Below are positions 1 through 12,334 of a stretch of DNA of 24,062 nucleotides, piece after piece. Every line of letters begins with the position of its first letter. Position 1 is the stretch's first letter. The translations under genes were made by a program, and so were the position numbers. The notes beneath the pieces are model-generated. The model ran no database searches. It was not told where the DNA came from and saw nothing but the letters and a program-made list of their open reading frames with translations. The stretch covers positions 1-24,062 of the forward strand of contig CALQPL010000001.1 of assembly GCA_943332445.1 (NCBI GenBank), written 5' to 3'. Source of the DNA: Bifidobacterium breve. GTDB taxonomy: Bacteria; Actinomycetota; Actinomycetes; UBA12327.

Positions 1-2
1 AG

Positions 3-1862
3 GACCGCGTCTTGGTTCGTCGTAAGGGTGGCGAAGTCGAGTACATCGAGCCCAACGACGTGGACTACATGGACGTTTCACCTCGTCAGATGGTGTCCGT
101 TGCCACCGCGATGATTCCGTTCCTTGAGCACGACGATGCAAACCGTGCGCTCATGGGATCAAACATGATGCGTCAGTCAGTGCCTTTGTTGCGTGCCGAA
201 TCCCCGTTGGTCGGAACCGGTATGGAATACCGCGCGGCTAAGGATGCTGGCGACGTTGTCATTGCTACCTCAAGTGGTGTTGTTGCTGAAGTCAGCGCTG
301 ACCACATTGAAATTGCTAATGACGACGCCACCTACACGACCTACAAGTTGGCGAAGTTCCGTCGCTCGAACCAGGGCACGAGCTACAACCAGAAGGTCAT
401 CGTCTCTGAAGGCGATCGCATCGAATCTGGCCAGATCATTGCTGACGGTCCGTGCACCGATAACGGCGAAATGGCTCTTGGTAAGAACCTGCTCGTGGCA
501 TTCATGCCGTGGGAAGGTCACAACTACGAAGACGCCATCATCTTGAACCAGCGCTTGGTCCAAGACGACGTCCTTTCTTCAATTCACATTGAGGAATACG
601 AAATCGATGCCCGCGACACCAAGTTGGGCCCAGAGGAAATCACGCGAGACATCCCTAACGTCTCCGAAGAAATTCTCAAGGACCTCGACGAGCGTGGAAT
701 CATCCGCGTCGGCGCCGAAGTTGTTCCAGGTGACGTTTTGGTCGGCAAGGTCACACCTAAGGGTGAAACCGAGCTCACGCCAGAAGAGCGTTTGTTGCGT
801 GCCATCTTTGGTGAGAAGGCCCGTGAAGTTCGCGACACCTCGTTGAAGGTTCCGCACGGTGAGTCCGGCAAGATCATTGACATTCGCGTGTTTGATCACG
901 AGAACGGCGATGAACTGCCACCGGGCGTAAACCAACTGGTCCGCGTTTACATCGCGCAGAAGCGCAAGATCCAAGATGGTGACAAGCTTGCTGGCCGCCA
1001 CGGCAACAAGGGTGTTATCTCCAAGATCCTGCCCGCTGAAGACATGCCGTTCTTGGCTGATGGAACCCCCGTCGACATCGTCTTGAACCCACTGGGTGTT
1101 CCTGGGCGTATGAACGTCGGTCAGGTTTTGGAAACCCACTTGGGTTGGGTTGCTAAGACTGGCTGGAAGGTCGAAGCATCCGAGGGCGAGTGGCAGAACC
1201 GCTTGGTCGACATTGGTGCTGCCGAAGGTGCTCCTGGCACCAACGTGGCCACGCCAGTCTTCGACGGTGCTCGGGAAGAAGAGATCACTGGACTTCTTGC
1301 TTCCACGATCGCTAACCGCGATGGCGAACACATGATTGACGGATCCGGTAAGGCCATGTTGTTCGATGGTCGTAGCGGCGAGCCCTTCAAGGCTCCGATT
1401 TCCGTTGGTTACATCTACATCTTGAAGCTGCTCCACTTGGTTGACGACAAGATTCACGCTCGTTCAACCGGCCCGTACTCCATGATCACGCAGCAGCCGC
1501 TGGGTGGTAAGGCACAGTTCGGTGGTCAGCGCTTTGGTGAGATGGAAGTGTGGGCGCTTGAGGCCTATGGAGCTGCTTACGCACTTCAGGAACTTCTCAC
1601 GATCAAGTCCGACGACGTCCTTGGACGCGTCAAGGTTTACGAAGCCATCGTCAAGGGCGAAAACATTCCAGAACCTGGCATCCCTGAGTCATTCAAGGTG
1701 TTGGTCAAGGAAATGCAGTCGCTCGCACTCAACGTCGAGGTGCTGTCCAGCGACGGACAGTCCATCGAGATGCGTGACACAGACGACGACGTCTTCCGTG
1801 CAGCCGAAGAACTCGGCATTGACCTTTCCCGTCGCGAGCCCAGCAGCGTCGAGGAGGTGTAA
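3..1862 (+). CDS. rpoB: DNA-directed RNA polymerase subunit beta, C-terminal part (5' truncated by window edge)
   Basis: Frame is open from nt 3 (GAC CGC GTC TTG...), so the TTG at 12 is not the real start. Motifs [58 protein letters not shown] at 1860-1862. Confidence 0.99.
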   Translation, partial: DRVLVRRKGGEVEYIEPNDVDYMDVSPRQMVSVATAMIPFLEHDDANRALMGSNMMRQSVPLLRAESPLVGTGMEYRAAKDAGDVVIATSSGVVAEVSADHIEIANDDATYTTYKLAKFRRSNQGTSYNQKVIVSEGDRIESGQIIADGPCTDNGEMALGKNLLVAFMPWEGHNYEDAIILNQRLVQDDVLSSIHIEEYEIDARDTKLGPEEITRDIPNVSEEILKDLDERGIIRVGAEVVPGDVLVGKVTPKGETELTPEERLLRAIFGEKAREVRDTSLKVPHGESGKIIDIRVFDHENGDELPPGVNQLVRVYIAQKRKIQDGDKLAGRHGNKGVISKILPAEDMPFLADGTPVDIVLNPLGVPGRMNVGQVLETHLGWVAKTGWKVEASEGEWQNRLVDIGAAEGAPGTNVATPVFDGAREEEITGLLASTIANRDGEHMIDGSGKAMLFDGRSGEPFKAPISVGYIYILKLLHLVDDKIHARSTGPYSMITQQPLGGKAQFGGQRFGEMEVWALEAYGAAYALQELLTIKSDDVLGRVKVYEAIVKGENIPEPGIPESFKVLVKEMQSLALNVEVLSSDGQSIEMRDTDDDVFRAAEELGIDLSRREPSSVEEV

Positions 1863-1916
1863 GGCCGGCCCCGCCATCGCCTTACACCCCCAAAGACAAA
1901 AGAAAGAAGGATCCAC

Positions 1917-5789
<3,873 letters not shown>

Positions 5790-5792
5790 TAA

Positions 5793-6449
5793 CTAAGCGT
5801 TAATCATGATGTGGCGCGTGGTGGTGCCTTCGGCAACTACCACGCGCTCCGTCATGTCTGGGCTAAACAGTCCGTGATCAATCACGCCAGGAGTGGCCGA
5901 TAGTCGAGCGGCCAAAGAAGCCGGGTCATCGAGCGATCCCAGCCAGTCGGCGATGACTCCACCATCAGGACTGCGGGGTACATCGCGTAAGGAGACCGTT
6001 CCTAAGGCCCGCAAGGTCGCCGCCAAGCCGTAGTCCAAGAGTTCCAACGGCAATGGGGCGCTGAGCGCAGGAACGAGTTTTTCGCTGGACACGATGACGA
6101 TGAATCGGTCGGCCGCTGCCGCCACACACTTTTCCCGCGTATGAGCAGCGCCGCCACCTTTGATGATCCAGCCAGCCGGATCAACTTGGTCAGCACCATC
6201 GATGGCCATGTCCAGATGAGCGACCCCATCGAGGCCGGCGAAAGAAGAAACGTTCAGTCCCAGCTCTCGAGCGATCTTTTCGGTTTGGGGCGATGTGGAG
6301 ACGCACTCGACATCAATGGCGCGATCTGCCAAGGCTTGAAGCAAGAACGCGACCGTGGATCCGGTGCCTAATCCCAGCTTCATGCCGCTTTCGACGAGCT
6401 CGGCAGCGGCTACGGCAGCAGCCTGCTTTTCAATGTCGGATGGGTTCAT
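5793..6449 (-). CDS. rpiA: Ribose-5-phosphate isomerase A (218 aa; start moved from 6536 to ATG 6449)
   Basis: RpiA motifs GLGTGST, DGADQ, IKGGGAAHTREK, PGVIDHGLF. On the - strand AAGGA lies 5 nt before ATG 6449 (MNPSDIEKQAAA). The extra 29 upstream codons have no RpiA character. Confidence 0.93.
   Translation of the reverse strand: MNPSDIEKQAAAVAAAELVESGMKLGLGTGSTVAFLLQALADRAIDVECVSTSPQTEKIARELGLNVSSFAGLDGVAHLDMAIDGADQVDPAGWIIKGGGAAHTREKCVAAAADRFIVIVSSEKLVPALSAPLPLELLDYGLAATLRALGTVSLRDVPRSPDGGVIADWLGSLDDPASLAARLSATPGVIDHGLFSPDMTERVVVAEGTTTRHIMINA
5814..5847 (+). terminator. Strong hairpin 24 nt after the rpoC stop, lying inside the rpiA 3' coding region; likely U-tract-less rpoBC terminator or 3' stabiliser
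   Basis: GCGCGTGGTGGTGCC-TTC-GGCAACTACCACGCGC: 15 pairs with one G-U and one bulged A. No poly-U follows. Confidence 0.55.
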
Positions 6450-6482
6450 CGGTGTCCTTGGCGCGAGTGGGCAGGTGAGTTG

Positions 6483-6488
6483 ATCGTA
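6483..6488 (-). promoter_or_regulatory. Candidate sigma-A -10 box (TACGAT) for rpiA
   Basis: TAnnnT hexamer on the - strand giving a roughly 27-nt 5' UTR that contains the AAGGA SD. No clear -35. Confidence 0.5.
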
Positions 6489-6521
6489 CTGAGGCCTGCA
6501 CCTAGATCCCCGACTCATCGG

Positions 6522-6527
6522 TAGCCT
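6522..6527 (+). promoter_or_regulatory. Candidate -10 box (ggTAGCCT) for a leaderless tal transcript
   Basis: TAnnnT ends 7 nt before ATG 6535, and there is no SD upstream of tal. This is the typical actinobacterial leaderless geometry. Confidence 0.55.
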
Positions 6528-6534
6528 GTCGGAC

Positions 6535-7590
6535 ATGCGCCCTACTCAGTCCCTGCAGAACGCCGGTCAAAGTATTTGGCTCGACAACATCACGCGAGGA
6601 ATGCTCGGCTCGGGTGAGCTGCAGCGCTACGTGGATGAGTTGTCAGTGACCGGGTTGACGTCCAACCCTTCAATTTTCCAAAAAGCCTTTACCGAAACTT
6701 CTGATTACCAGACAGCCATTGCTGCTGCCAAAACTTCGTCGCCAGAAGAGTTGTTCATGCAGCTGGCTATCGAGGATTTGCAAGCAGCTGCGGATGTGTT
6801 CGCCGATGTGCATGCACGCACCGACGGTGTCGACGGATGGGTCTCGCTTGAAGTATCACCGTTGTTGGCCTATGACGCACAGAGCACGATTGAGGCAGCA
6901 GTTGAGGTGCACCAGCGGTTGGCTCGCCCCAATGTCTTCATCAAGATTCCCGGTACGCCACAAGGGCTTCCAGCCGTAGAGGAAGCCATTTACCGAGGCA
7001 TTCCGGTCAACGTCACGTTGTTGTTTTCGTTACAGCAGTACCTCGATTGCGTAGCGGCTTATCAACGCGGCATCATGCGCCGAATCGCGGATGGGTTGAA
7101 TGCCGACGTGGCATCGGTTGCTTCGGTGTTCATCTCGCGATGGGATGCAGCAGTGGTTGGCCGAGTGCCAGCCGAACTCACAGGAAAGTTGGCTTTGGCT
7201 GTGGGGGAGAGCGTTCACCACGCGTACGTCCACATGCTCAACGACACGACGCAACAGACCATCGCTACCTCTGGCGGTCGGCCACAACGCCTGCTCTTTG
7301 CCAGCACATCCACCAAGGACCCCTCGGCATCGGACACCGTGTACGTCGAAGGGCTGATTGCGCCCAACACCATCAACACCATGCCCGATGCCACGCTCCA
7401 GGCCTTTGCCGATCACGGTCGGGTCGGGCGCATCCTCGATGGATCAGGCGGTAGTAGCGAGGCGCTCTTGGCGGCCTTTGCTGAGCAGGGGATTGACGTC
7501 CCGGCGCTGGGTGTGGAGCTGCAGGAGCAAGGCGCCCAGGCCTTCGTTACGGCTTGGCAGGACTTGATGCAGGTGCTGGCCCGCTCCTGA
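6535..7590 (+). CDS. tal: Transaldolase, long (type 3/Tal-mycobacterial-plant-like) form, 351 aa
   Basis: GQSIWLDN (catalytic Asp), GLTSNPSIF, VSLEVSP (Glu), PNVFIKIPGT (Schiff-base Lys), NVTLLFS, SVFISR (Phe, typical of Tal rather than FSA), RLLFASTSTK, INTMP. Confidence 0.96.
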   Translation: MRPTQSLQNAGQSIWLDNITRGMLGSGELQRYVDELSVTGLTSNPSIFQKAFTETSDYQTAIAAAKTSSPEELFMQLAIEDLQAAADVFADVHARTDGVDGWVSLEVSPLLAYDAQSTIEAAVEVHQRLARPNVFIKIPGTPQGLPAVEEAIYRGIPVNVTLLFSLQQYLDCVAAYQRGIMRRIADGLNADVASVASVFISRWDAAVVGRVPAELTGKLALAVGESVHHAYVHMLNDTTQQTIATSGGRPQRLLFASTSTKDPSASDTVYVEGLIAPNTINTMPDATLQAFADHGRVGRILDGSGGSSEALLAAFAEQGIDVPALGVELQEQGAQAFVTAWQDLMQVLARS

Positions 7591-7612
7591 TCCGGCCGCT
7601 AGGCAGCCAGCC

Positions 7613-7639
7613 TGTCCCTTTTGTCCCTATTTGCCCTAG
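7613..7639 (+). repeat. Three imperfect 9-bp tandem repeats
   Basis: TGTCCCTTT (7613), TGTCCCTAT (7622), TTGCCCTAG (7631). Confidence 0.5.
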
Positions 7640-7652
7640 GTATTGACCTGGG

Positions 7653-7682
7653 GATAACCAGCGGGCTCACCGGTTGGCTATC
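7653..7682 (+). terminator. Hairpin downstream of tal, possible terminator
   Basis: GATAACCAGC/GTTGGCTATC, 9 of 10 positions paired including one G-U, plus a short inner GG/CC stem. No U-tract. Confidence 0.35.
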
Positions 7683-7713
7683 GCGATCGATGGACCGGGA
7701 GGGCGGACGGCGA

Positions 7714-7732
7714 AAGGGGACCAAATCCCCTT
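7714..7732 (+). terminator. Short hairpin before the str promoter region
   Basis: AAGGGGA-CCAAA-TCCCCTT (7 bp) followed by AATTGACC. Confidence 0.35.
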
Positions 7733-7734
7733 AA

Positions 7735-7777
7735 TTGACCCCCGCCTCGGACCCCGTTAAGTGCACTCCGGTACAGT
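7735..7777 (+). promoter_or_regulatory. Candidate str-operon promoter elements
   Basis: TTGACC at 7735-40 (-35-like) and ggTACAGT at 7772-77 (-10-like). They are 31 nt apart, so they are not one canonical promoter. The hexamer 17 nt after TTGACC is TAAGTG, an imperfect -10. Confidence 0.35.
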
Positions 7778-7926
7778 TCACCGCCGTGCCTGAGATGCCT
7801 CGGGACCGCTGATGTGAAAGTGCCCTTTTGAGGGTTTGGTCGCATCAGAATTGCAAGTCAGCAGCGACGTGGGCTTCCCCGCAACCCGCCTCTGATTCGC
7901 AATACCTCTCCTGTGTATTGGATGAG

Positions 7927-8018
7927 TTGGTGTGCGTTCGCGCATTCCGACACACCCGACCGCGTGGGCCGGAGGGAACGAGGCAAAGCAAGCACACCGA
8001 ACACCAAGTGCAGCACTT
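7927..8018 (+). promoter_or_regulatory. Structured 5' leader domain of rpsL (candidate r-leader)
   Basis: TTGGTGTGC/GCACACCGA (9 bp) encloses GTTC/GAAC, TCCG/CGGA and CCC/GGG nested stems, then AAGTG-CAG-CACTT just before SD AAAAGGA. Confidence 0.45.
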
Positions 8019-8037
8019 CACGAAAAGGACAACATCG

Positions 8038-8412
8038 GTGCCAACGATCCAACAGCTAGTCCGCAAGGGCCGGCAGGACAAGGTCTCAAAGACCAAAACA
8101 CCCGCGCTTAAGGGCAGCCCTCAGCGTCGTGGTGTGTGCACCCGTGTCTACACGACGACTCCTAAGAAGCCGAACTCCGCGTTGCGCAAGGTCGCACGTG
8201 TGCGTTTGTCCAGTGGAGTTGAAGTCACTGCTTACATTCCTGGTGTTGGTCACAACTTGCAAGAACACTCCATCGTGTTGGTTCGCGGTGGTCGTGTGAA
8301 GGACCTTCCTGGTGTCCGCTACAAGGTTGTGCGTGGATCACTCGACACCCAAGGTGTGAAGAACCGTAAGCAAGCGCGTAGTCGCTACGGCGCGAAGAAG
8401 GAGAAGGGCTAA
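8038..8412 (+). CDS. rpsL: 30S ribosomal protein S12 (124 aa; GTG start at 8038)
   Basis: [11 protein letters not shown]...[13 protein letters not shown]...[19 protein letters not shown] 8 nt upstream. The ORF-track extension from 7828 is not S12. Confidence 0.99.
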   Translation: MPTIQQLVRKGRQDKVSKTKTPALKGSPQRRGVCTRVYTTTPKKPNSALRKVARVRLSSGVEVTAYIPGVGHNLQEHSIVLVRGGRVKDLPGVRYKVVRGSLDTQGVKNRKQARSRYGAKKEKG

Positions 8413-8882
8413 TGCCACGTAAGGGTCCAGCTCCCAAGCGCCCCATCATCATCGACCCCGTATTCCAGTCAACGCTGGTTACGCAGTTGGTCAACAAGAT
8501 TTTGCTCGATGGCAAGAAGTCAACAGCTGAAGCCATCGTGTACGGCGCCCTTGAAGGCTGCCGCGAAAAGACCGGTACTGATCCGGTTGTGACGCTGAAG
8601 CGTGCTCTTGACAACGTCAAGCCCACCTTGGAAGTGCGTAGCCGTCGTGTTGGTGGCGCCACCTACCAGGTTCCGGTTGAAGTCAAGGCCGGCCGCAGCA
8701 CCACCCTTGCTCTTCGTTGGTTGATCAACTACTCACGCGCACGTCGTGAAAAGACGATGACCGAACGTTTGATGAACGAAATTCTTGACGCGAGCAATGG
8801 ACTCGGCGCCAGTGTCAAGAAGCGTGAAGACACGCACAAGATGGCTGAGTCCAACAAGGCCTTTGCTCACTACCGCTGGTAA
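8412..8882 (+). CDS. rpsG: 30S ribosomal protein S7
   Basis: [10 protein letters not shown]...[14 protein letters not shown]...[20 protein letters not shown] overlap with rpsL. Confidence 0.99.
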   Translation: MPRKGPAPKRPIIIDPVFQSTLVTQLVNKILLDGKKSTAEAIVYGALEGCREKTGTDPVVTLKRALDNVKPTLEVRSRRVGGATYQVPVEVKAGRSTTLALRWLINYSRARREKTMTERLMNEILDASNGLGASVKKREDTHKMAESNKAFAHYRW

Positions 8883-8934
8883 TTCCTTCCCCTATCCATT
8901 AGTTAGTTAAGTACTCAGTCAAGGAGACGAACGC

Positions 8935-11037
8935 GTGACTACGTCAACCGCTATCGACCTCTCCATGGTTCGCAACATCGGGATCATGGCGCATATCGAC
9001 GCGGGCAAAACCACCACGACTGAGCGCATTCTTTTTTACACCGGTATCAACTACAAGATCGGTGAAGTTCACGATGGCGCAGCCACCATGGACTGGATGG
9101 AGCAGGAACAAGAGCGCGGAATCACCATCACCTCCGCTGCCACAACCTGTCAGTGGGATGACCACGTCATTAACATCATTGACACCCCCGGCCACGTGGA
9201 CTTCACGGTGGAAGTGGAGCGCTCGCTTCGCGTCCTCGACGGAGCCGTGGCCGTTTTTGATGGTGTAGCTGGTGTGGAACCACAGTCAGAGACCGTGTGG
9301 CGCCAAGCTGACAAGTACGACGTCCCCCGCATTTGCTTTGTGAACAAGTTGGACCGCACGGGTGCTGAATTCCAGCGCTGCGTGGACATGATTGTTTCCC
9401 GACTGAACGCCACCCCGTTGGTCCTGCAGGTCCCCATTGGCGCTGAAGGCGACTTCGTGGGCGTGGTTGACCTGGTCGGCATGAAGGCGTTGACCTGGCG
9501 CGGTGAAACCAAGCTCGGTGAAGACTATGCAGTCGAAGAGATCCCCGCAGACCTGGCTGATGAAGCTGCTCAAGGTCGCGAATTGCTCATCGAGACCTTG
9601 GCTGACGCAGATGACGAGTTTGCTGAATTGTTCCTTGAGCTTGATGGTGCCGAGCCGGCTGAAGCCGATCTGATTGCTGCGATTCGTCGCGCAACCTTGG
9701 GCAACAAGCTCAACCCCGTTCTGTGCGGCACCGCGTTTAAGAACAAGGGTGTTCAGCCCATGCTCGACGCCGTGGTTCGCTACCTTCCTTCCCCACTCGA
9801 CATTGGTGCCGTCGAAGGCCACAAGGTCAACGACGAAGAAGTCATCATCGAGCGCAAGCCAGAAGAGTCTGAGCCCTTCGCCGCTCTTGCGTTCAAGATC
9901 ATGACCGACCCGCACTTGGGCAAGCTCACCTACTTGCGCATCTACTCCGGCGTTCTCGAATCCGGAACTCAGGTGCTCAACAGCGTGAAGGGCCGCAAGG
10001 AGCGCATCGGCAAGATTTACCAGATGCACGCCAACAAGCGTGAAGAAATCCCGAGCATGGGTGCCGGTCACATCGTGGCTGTTATGGGACTCAAGGACAC
10101 CACCACTGGTGAAACTTTGTGCGACCCGAGCAACCCTGTTGTTCTCGAATCTATGACCTTCCCAGCCCCGGTTATCCACGTGGCGATCGAGCCCAAGACC
10201 AAGGGCGACCAAGAGAAGTTGGGTACGGCTATTCAGCGTCTTGCTGAAGAAGACCCCACCTTCCAGGTCCGCACCGATGAAGAAACCGGTCAGACCATCA
10301 TCGCCGGAATGGGCGAGCTTCACCTCGACGTCCTCGTTGACCGTATGCGTCGCGAGTTCAAGGTCGAAGCCAACGTTGGTAAGCCACAGGTTGCTTACCG
10401 CGAGACGATCCGTAAGGCCGTGGCCAAGGTCGAGTACACGCACAAGAAGCAGACCGGTGGTTCAGGTCAGTACGCGCGCGTGATCATCGACATCGAGCCT
10501 GCTGGCGAAGAGGGCGGTTACGAATTCGTCAACGCTGTTACCGGTGGTCGTGTTCCTCGTGAATACATCCCATCCGTCGACCAAGGTTGCCAGGAAGCCA
10601 TGGAGTTCGGTGTGCTCGCCGGTTACCCATTGGTTGATGTCAAGGTCACCCTTCAAGATGGCGCCTACCACGACGTTGACTCTTCAGAACTTGCCTTCAA
10701 GATCGCCGGATCCATGGCGTTCAAAGATGCAGCTCGTCGCGCAGACCCAGTGATCATGGAACCCGTGATGGCTGTCGAGGTGACCACCCCAGAGGACTTC
10801 ATGGGTGAAGTTATCGGTGACCTCAACTCGCGTCGTGGACAAATTCAGGCGATGGATGAGCGGGCCGGCGTACGCGTGGTCACCGCTGTTGTCCCGCTGT
10901 CAGAGATGTTCGGCTATGTGGGAGATCTACGAAGCAAGACCCAAGGCCGTGCAAGTTACTCCATGCAATTTGATTCCTACGCAGAAGTTCCTAAGAACGT
11001 CTCGCTAGAAATCATCGCTAAGGCTCGGGGCGAATAA
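8935..11037 (+). CDS. fusA: Elongation factor G
   Basis: [36 protein letters not shown]-type [20 protein letters not shown] 8 nt before GTG. Confidence 0.99.
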   Translation: MTTSTAIDLSMVRNIGIMAHIDAGKTTTTERILFYTGINYKIGEVHDGAATMDWMEQEQERGITITSAATTCQWDDHVINIIDTPGHVDFTVEVERSLRVLDGAVAVFDGVAGVEPQSETVWRQADKYDVPRICFVNKLDRTGAEFQRCVDMIVSRLNATPLVLQVPIGAEGDFVGVVDLVGMKALTWRGETKLGEDYAVEEIPADLADEAAQGRELLIETLADADDEFAELFLELDGAEPAEADLIAAIRRATLGNKLNPVLCGTAFKNKGVQPMLDAVVRYLPSPLDIGAVEGHKVNDEEVIIERKPEESEPFAALAFKIMTDPHLGKLTYLRIYSGVLESGTQVLNSVKGRKERIGKIYQMHANKREEIPSMGAGHIVAVMGLKDTTTGETLCDPSNPVVLESMTFPAPVIHVAIEPKTKGDQEKLGTAIQRLAEEDPTFQVRTDEETGQTIIAGMGELHLDVLVDRMRREFKVEANVGKPQVAYRETIRKAVAKVEYTHKKQTGGSGQYARVIIDIEPAGEEGGYEFVNAVTGGRVPREYIPSVDQGCQEAMEFGVLAGYPLVDVKVTLQDGAYHDVDSSELAFKIAGSMAFKDAARRADPVIMEPVMAVEVTTPEDFMGEVIGDLNSRRGQIQAMDERAGVRVVTAVVPLSEMFGYVGDLRSKTQGRASYSMQFDSYAEVPKNVSLEIIAKARGE

Positions 11038-11045
11038 CCCCGGAA

Positions 11046-11075
11046 ACAAGGGTTGAGGCACCCGCCTCAACTTGT
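11046..11075 (+). promoter_or_regulatory. Intercistronic hairpin between fusA and tuf
   Basis: GTTGAGGC-ACCC-GCCTCAAC (8 bp) extended by ACAA/TTGT across a GG bulge. Confidence 0.55.
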
Positions 11076-11136
11076 ACTACCCGCACTATCAATCAGACGT
11101 CGTACGGCGTGAAGATCAAGTCCCGAGGAGGACGCA

Positions 11137-12330
11137 GTGGCGAAGGCAAAGTTTGAACGGACTAAGCCGCACGTCAACATCGGCACCGTTGGCCACATCG
11201 ACCACGGTAAGACCACTCTTACCGCAGCGATCACCAAGGTGCTGCATGACCGGTACCCGGACGTGAACCCATTCACGCCGTTTGACCAAATTGACAAGGC
11301 GCCGGAAGAGCGCCAACGCGGTATCACCATTTCGATTGCTCACGTGGAGTACCAGACTGAGGCGCGTCACTACGCACACGTCGACTGCCCTGGCCACGCT
11401 GACTACATCAAGAACATGATCACCGGTGCCGCCCAGATGGACGGCGCAATCCTCGTGGTTGCAGCAACCGACGGCCCCATGCCTCAGACCAAGGAGCACG
11501 TCATCTTGGCCCGCCAGGTGGGTGTCCCCGCGATCGTGGTTGCCTTGAACAAGTCGGACATGGTTGATGACGAGGAAATCCTCGAGCTCGTGGAACTCGA
11601 AGTCCGCGAATTGCTCAACCAATACGAATTCCCTGGCGATGACATCCCTGTCATCCGCGTTTCGGCCCTCAAGGCTCTTGAAGGCGACGCTGCCTGGGGC
11701 GAGAAGATCATTGAGTTGATGACCGCTGTCGACAACTCGATCCCGACCCCCGAGCGCGACGTTGACAAGCCCTTCTTGATGCCCGTTGAAGACGTCTTCA
11801 CGATCACTGGTCGTGGAACCGTTGTCACCGGTCGTATCGAGCGTGGAATCGTCAAGGTCAACGAGGAAGTCGAGATCATCGGCATCCGCGAAGAGACTCA
11901 GAAGAGCACCGTTACCGGTATCGAGATGTTCCGCAAGTTGCTCGACGAAGGTCAAGCTGGTGAAAACGTTGGCGTCCTGCTGCGTGGAACCAAGCGTGAA
12001 GACGTCGAGCGTGGCCAGGTTCTTTGTAAGCCTGGTTCGGTTACGCCTCACACCGAGTTCGAAGCCACGGTCTACATCTTGTCGAAGGACGAGGGTGGTC
12101 GACACACTCCGTTCTTCAACAACTACCGCCCACAGTTCTACTTCCGGACCACTGACGTGACCGGTGTTGTGGACCTGCCCGGTGGCAAAGAGATGGTCAT
12201 GCCTGGTGACGACACCGAAATGACGGTCACTTTGATTCAGCCCATCGCCATGGAGGACGGTCTTCGCTTCGCAATCCGCGAAGGTGGCCGCACCGTGGGA
12301 GCTGGACGAGTTACCAAGATCCTCAAGTGA
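11137..12330 (+). CDS. tuf: Elongation factor Tu
   Basis: [49 protein letters not shown]. Confidence 0.99.
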   Translation: MAKAKFERTKPHVNIGTVGHIDHGKTTLTAAITKVLHDRYPDVNPFTPFDQIDKAPEERQRGITISIAHVEYQTEARHYAHVDCPGHADYIKNMITGAAQMDGAILVVAATDGPMPQTKEHVILARQVGVPAIVVALNKSDMVDDEEILELVELEVRELLNQYEFPGDDIPVIRVSALKALEGDAAWGEKIIELMTAVDNSIPTPERDVDKPFLMPVEDVFTITGRGTVVTGRIERGIVKVNEEVEIIGIREETQKSTVTGIEMFRKLLDEGQAGENVGVLLRGTKREDVERGQVLCKPGSVTPHTEFEATVYILSKDEGGRHTPFFNNYRPQFYFRTTDVTGVVDLPGGKEMVMPGDDTEMTVTLIQPIAMEDGLRFAIREGGRTVGAGRVTKILK

Positions 12331-12334
12331 TGAC

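Noticed and set aside
6450-6537. rpiA start at 6536 sharing a CATG palindrome with the tal ATG
   Set aside because: Eye-catching, but any CATG gives this. The SD and family N-terminus point to 6449, and the extension would run through both promoters.
5790-7740. rpiA-tal as a mobile element or genomic island
   Set aside because: No integrase or transposase, terminal inverted repeats, target duplication or tRNA anchor; kept only as a synteny finding.
7809-7820. CTGATGTGAAAG resembling the hammerhead ribozyme core (CUGAUGA...GAAA)
   Set aside because: The conserved A after CUGAUG is missing, there is no stem II between the two elements, and CUGAUG is itself paired in a hairpin.
7828-8037. 70-aa N-terminal extension of S12 in the ORF track
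   Set aside because: Canonical S12 begins at GTG 8038 (MPTIQQL) behind a clear SD. The upstream region behaves as structured UTR and its TTG start has no SD.
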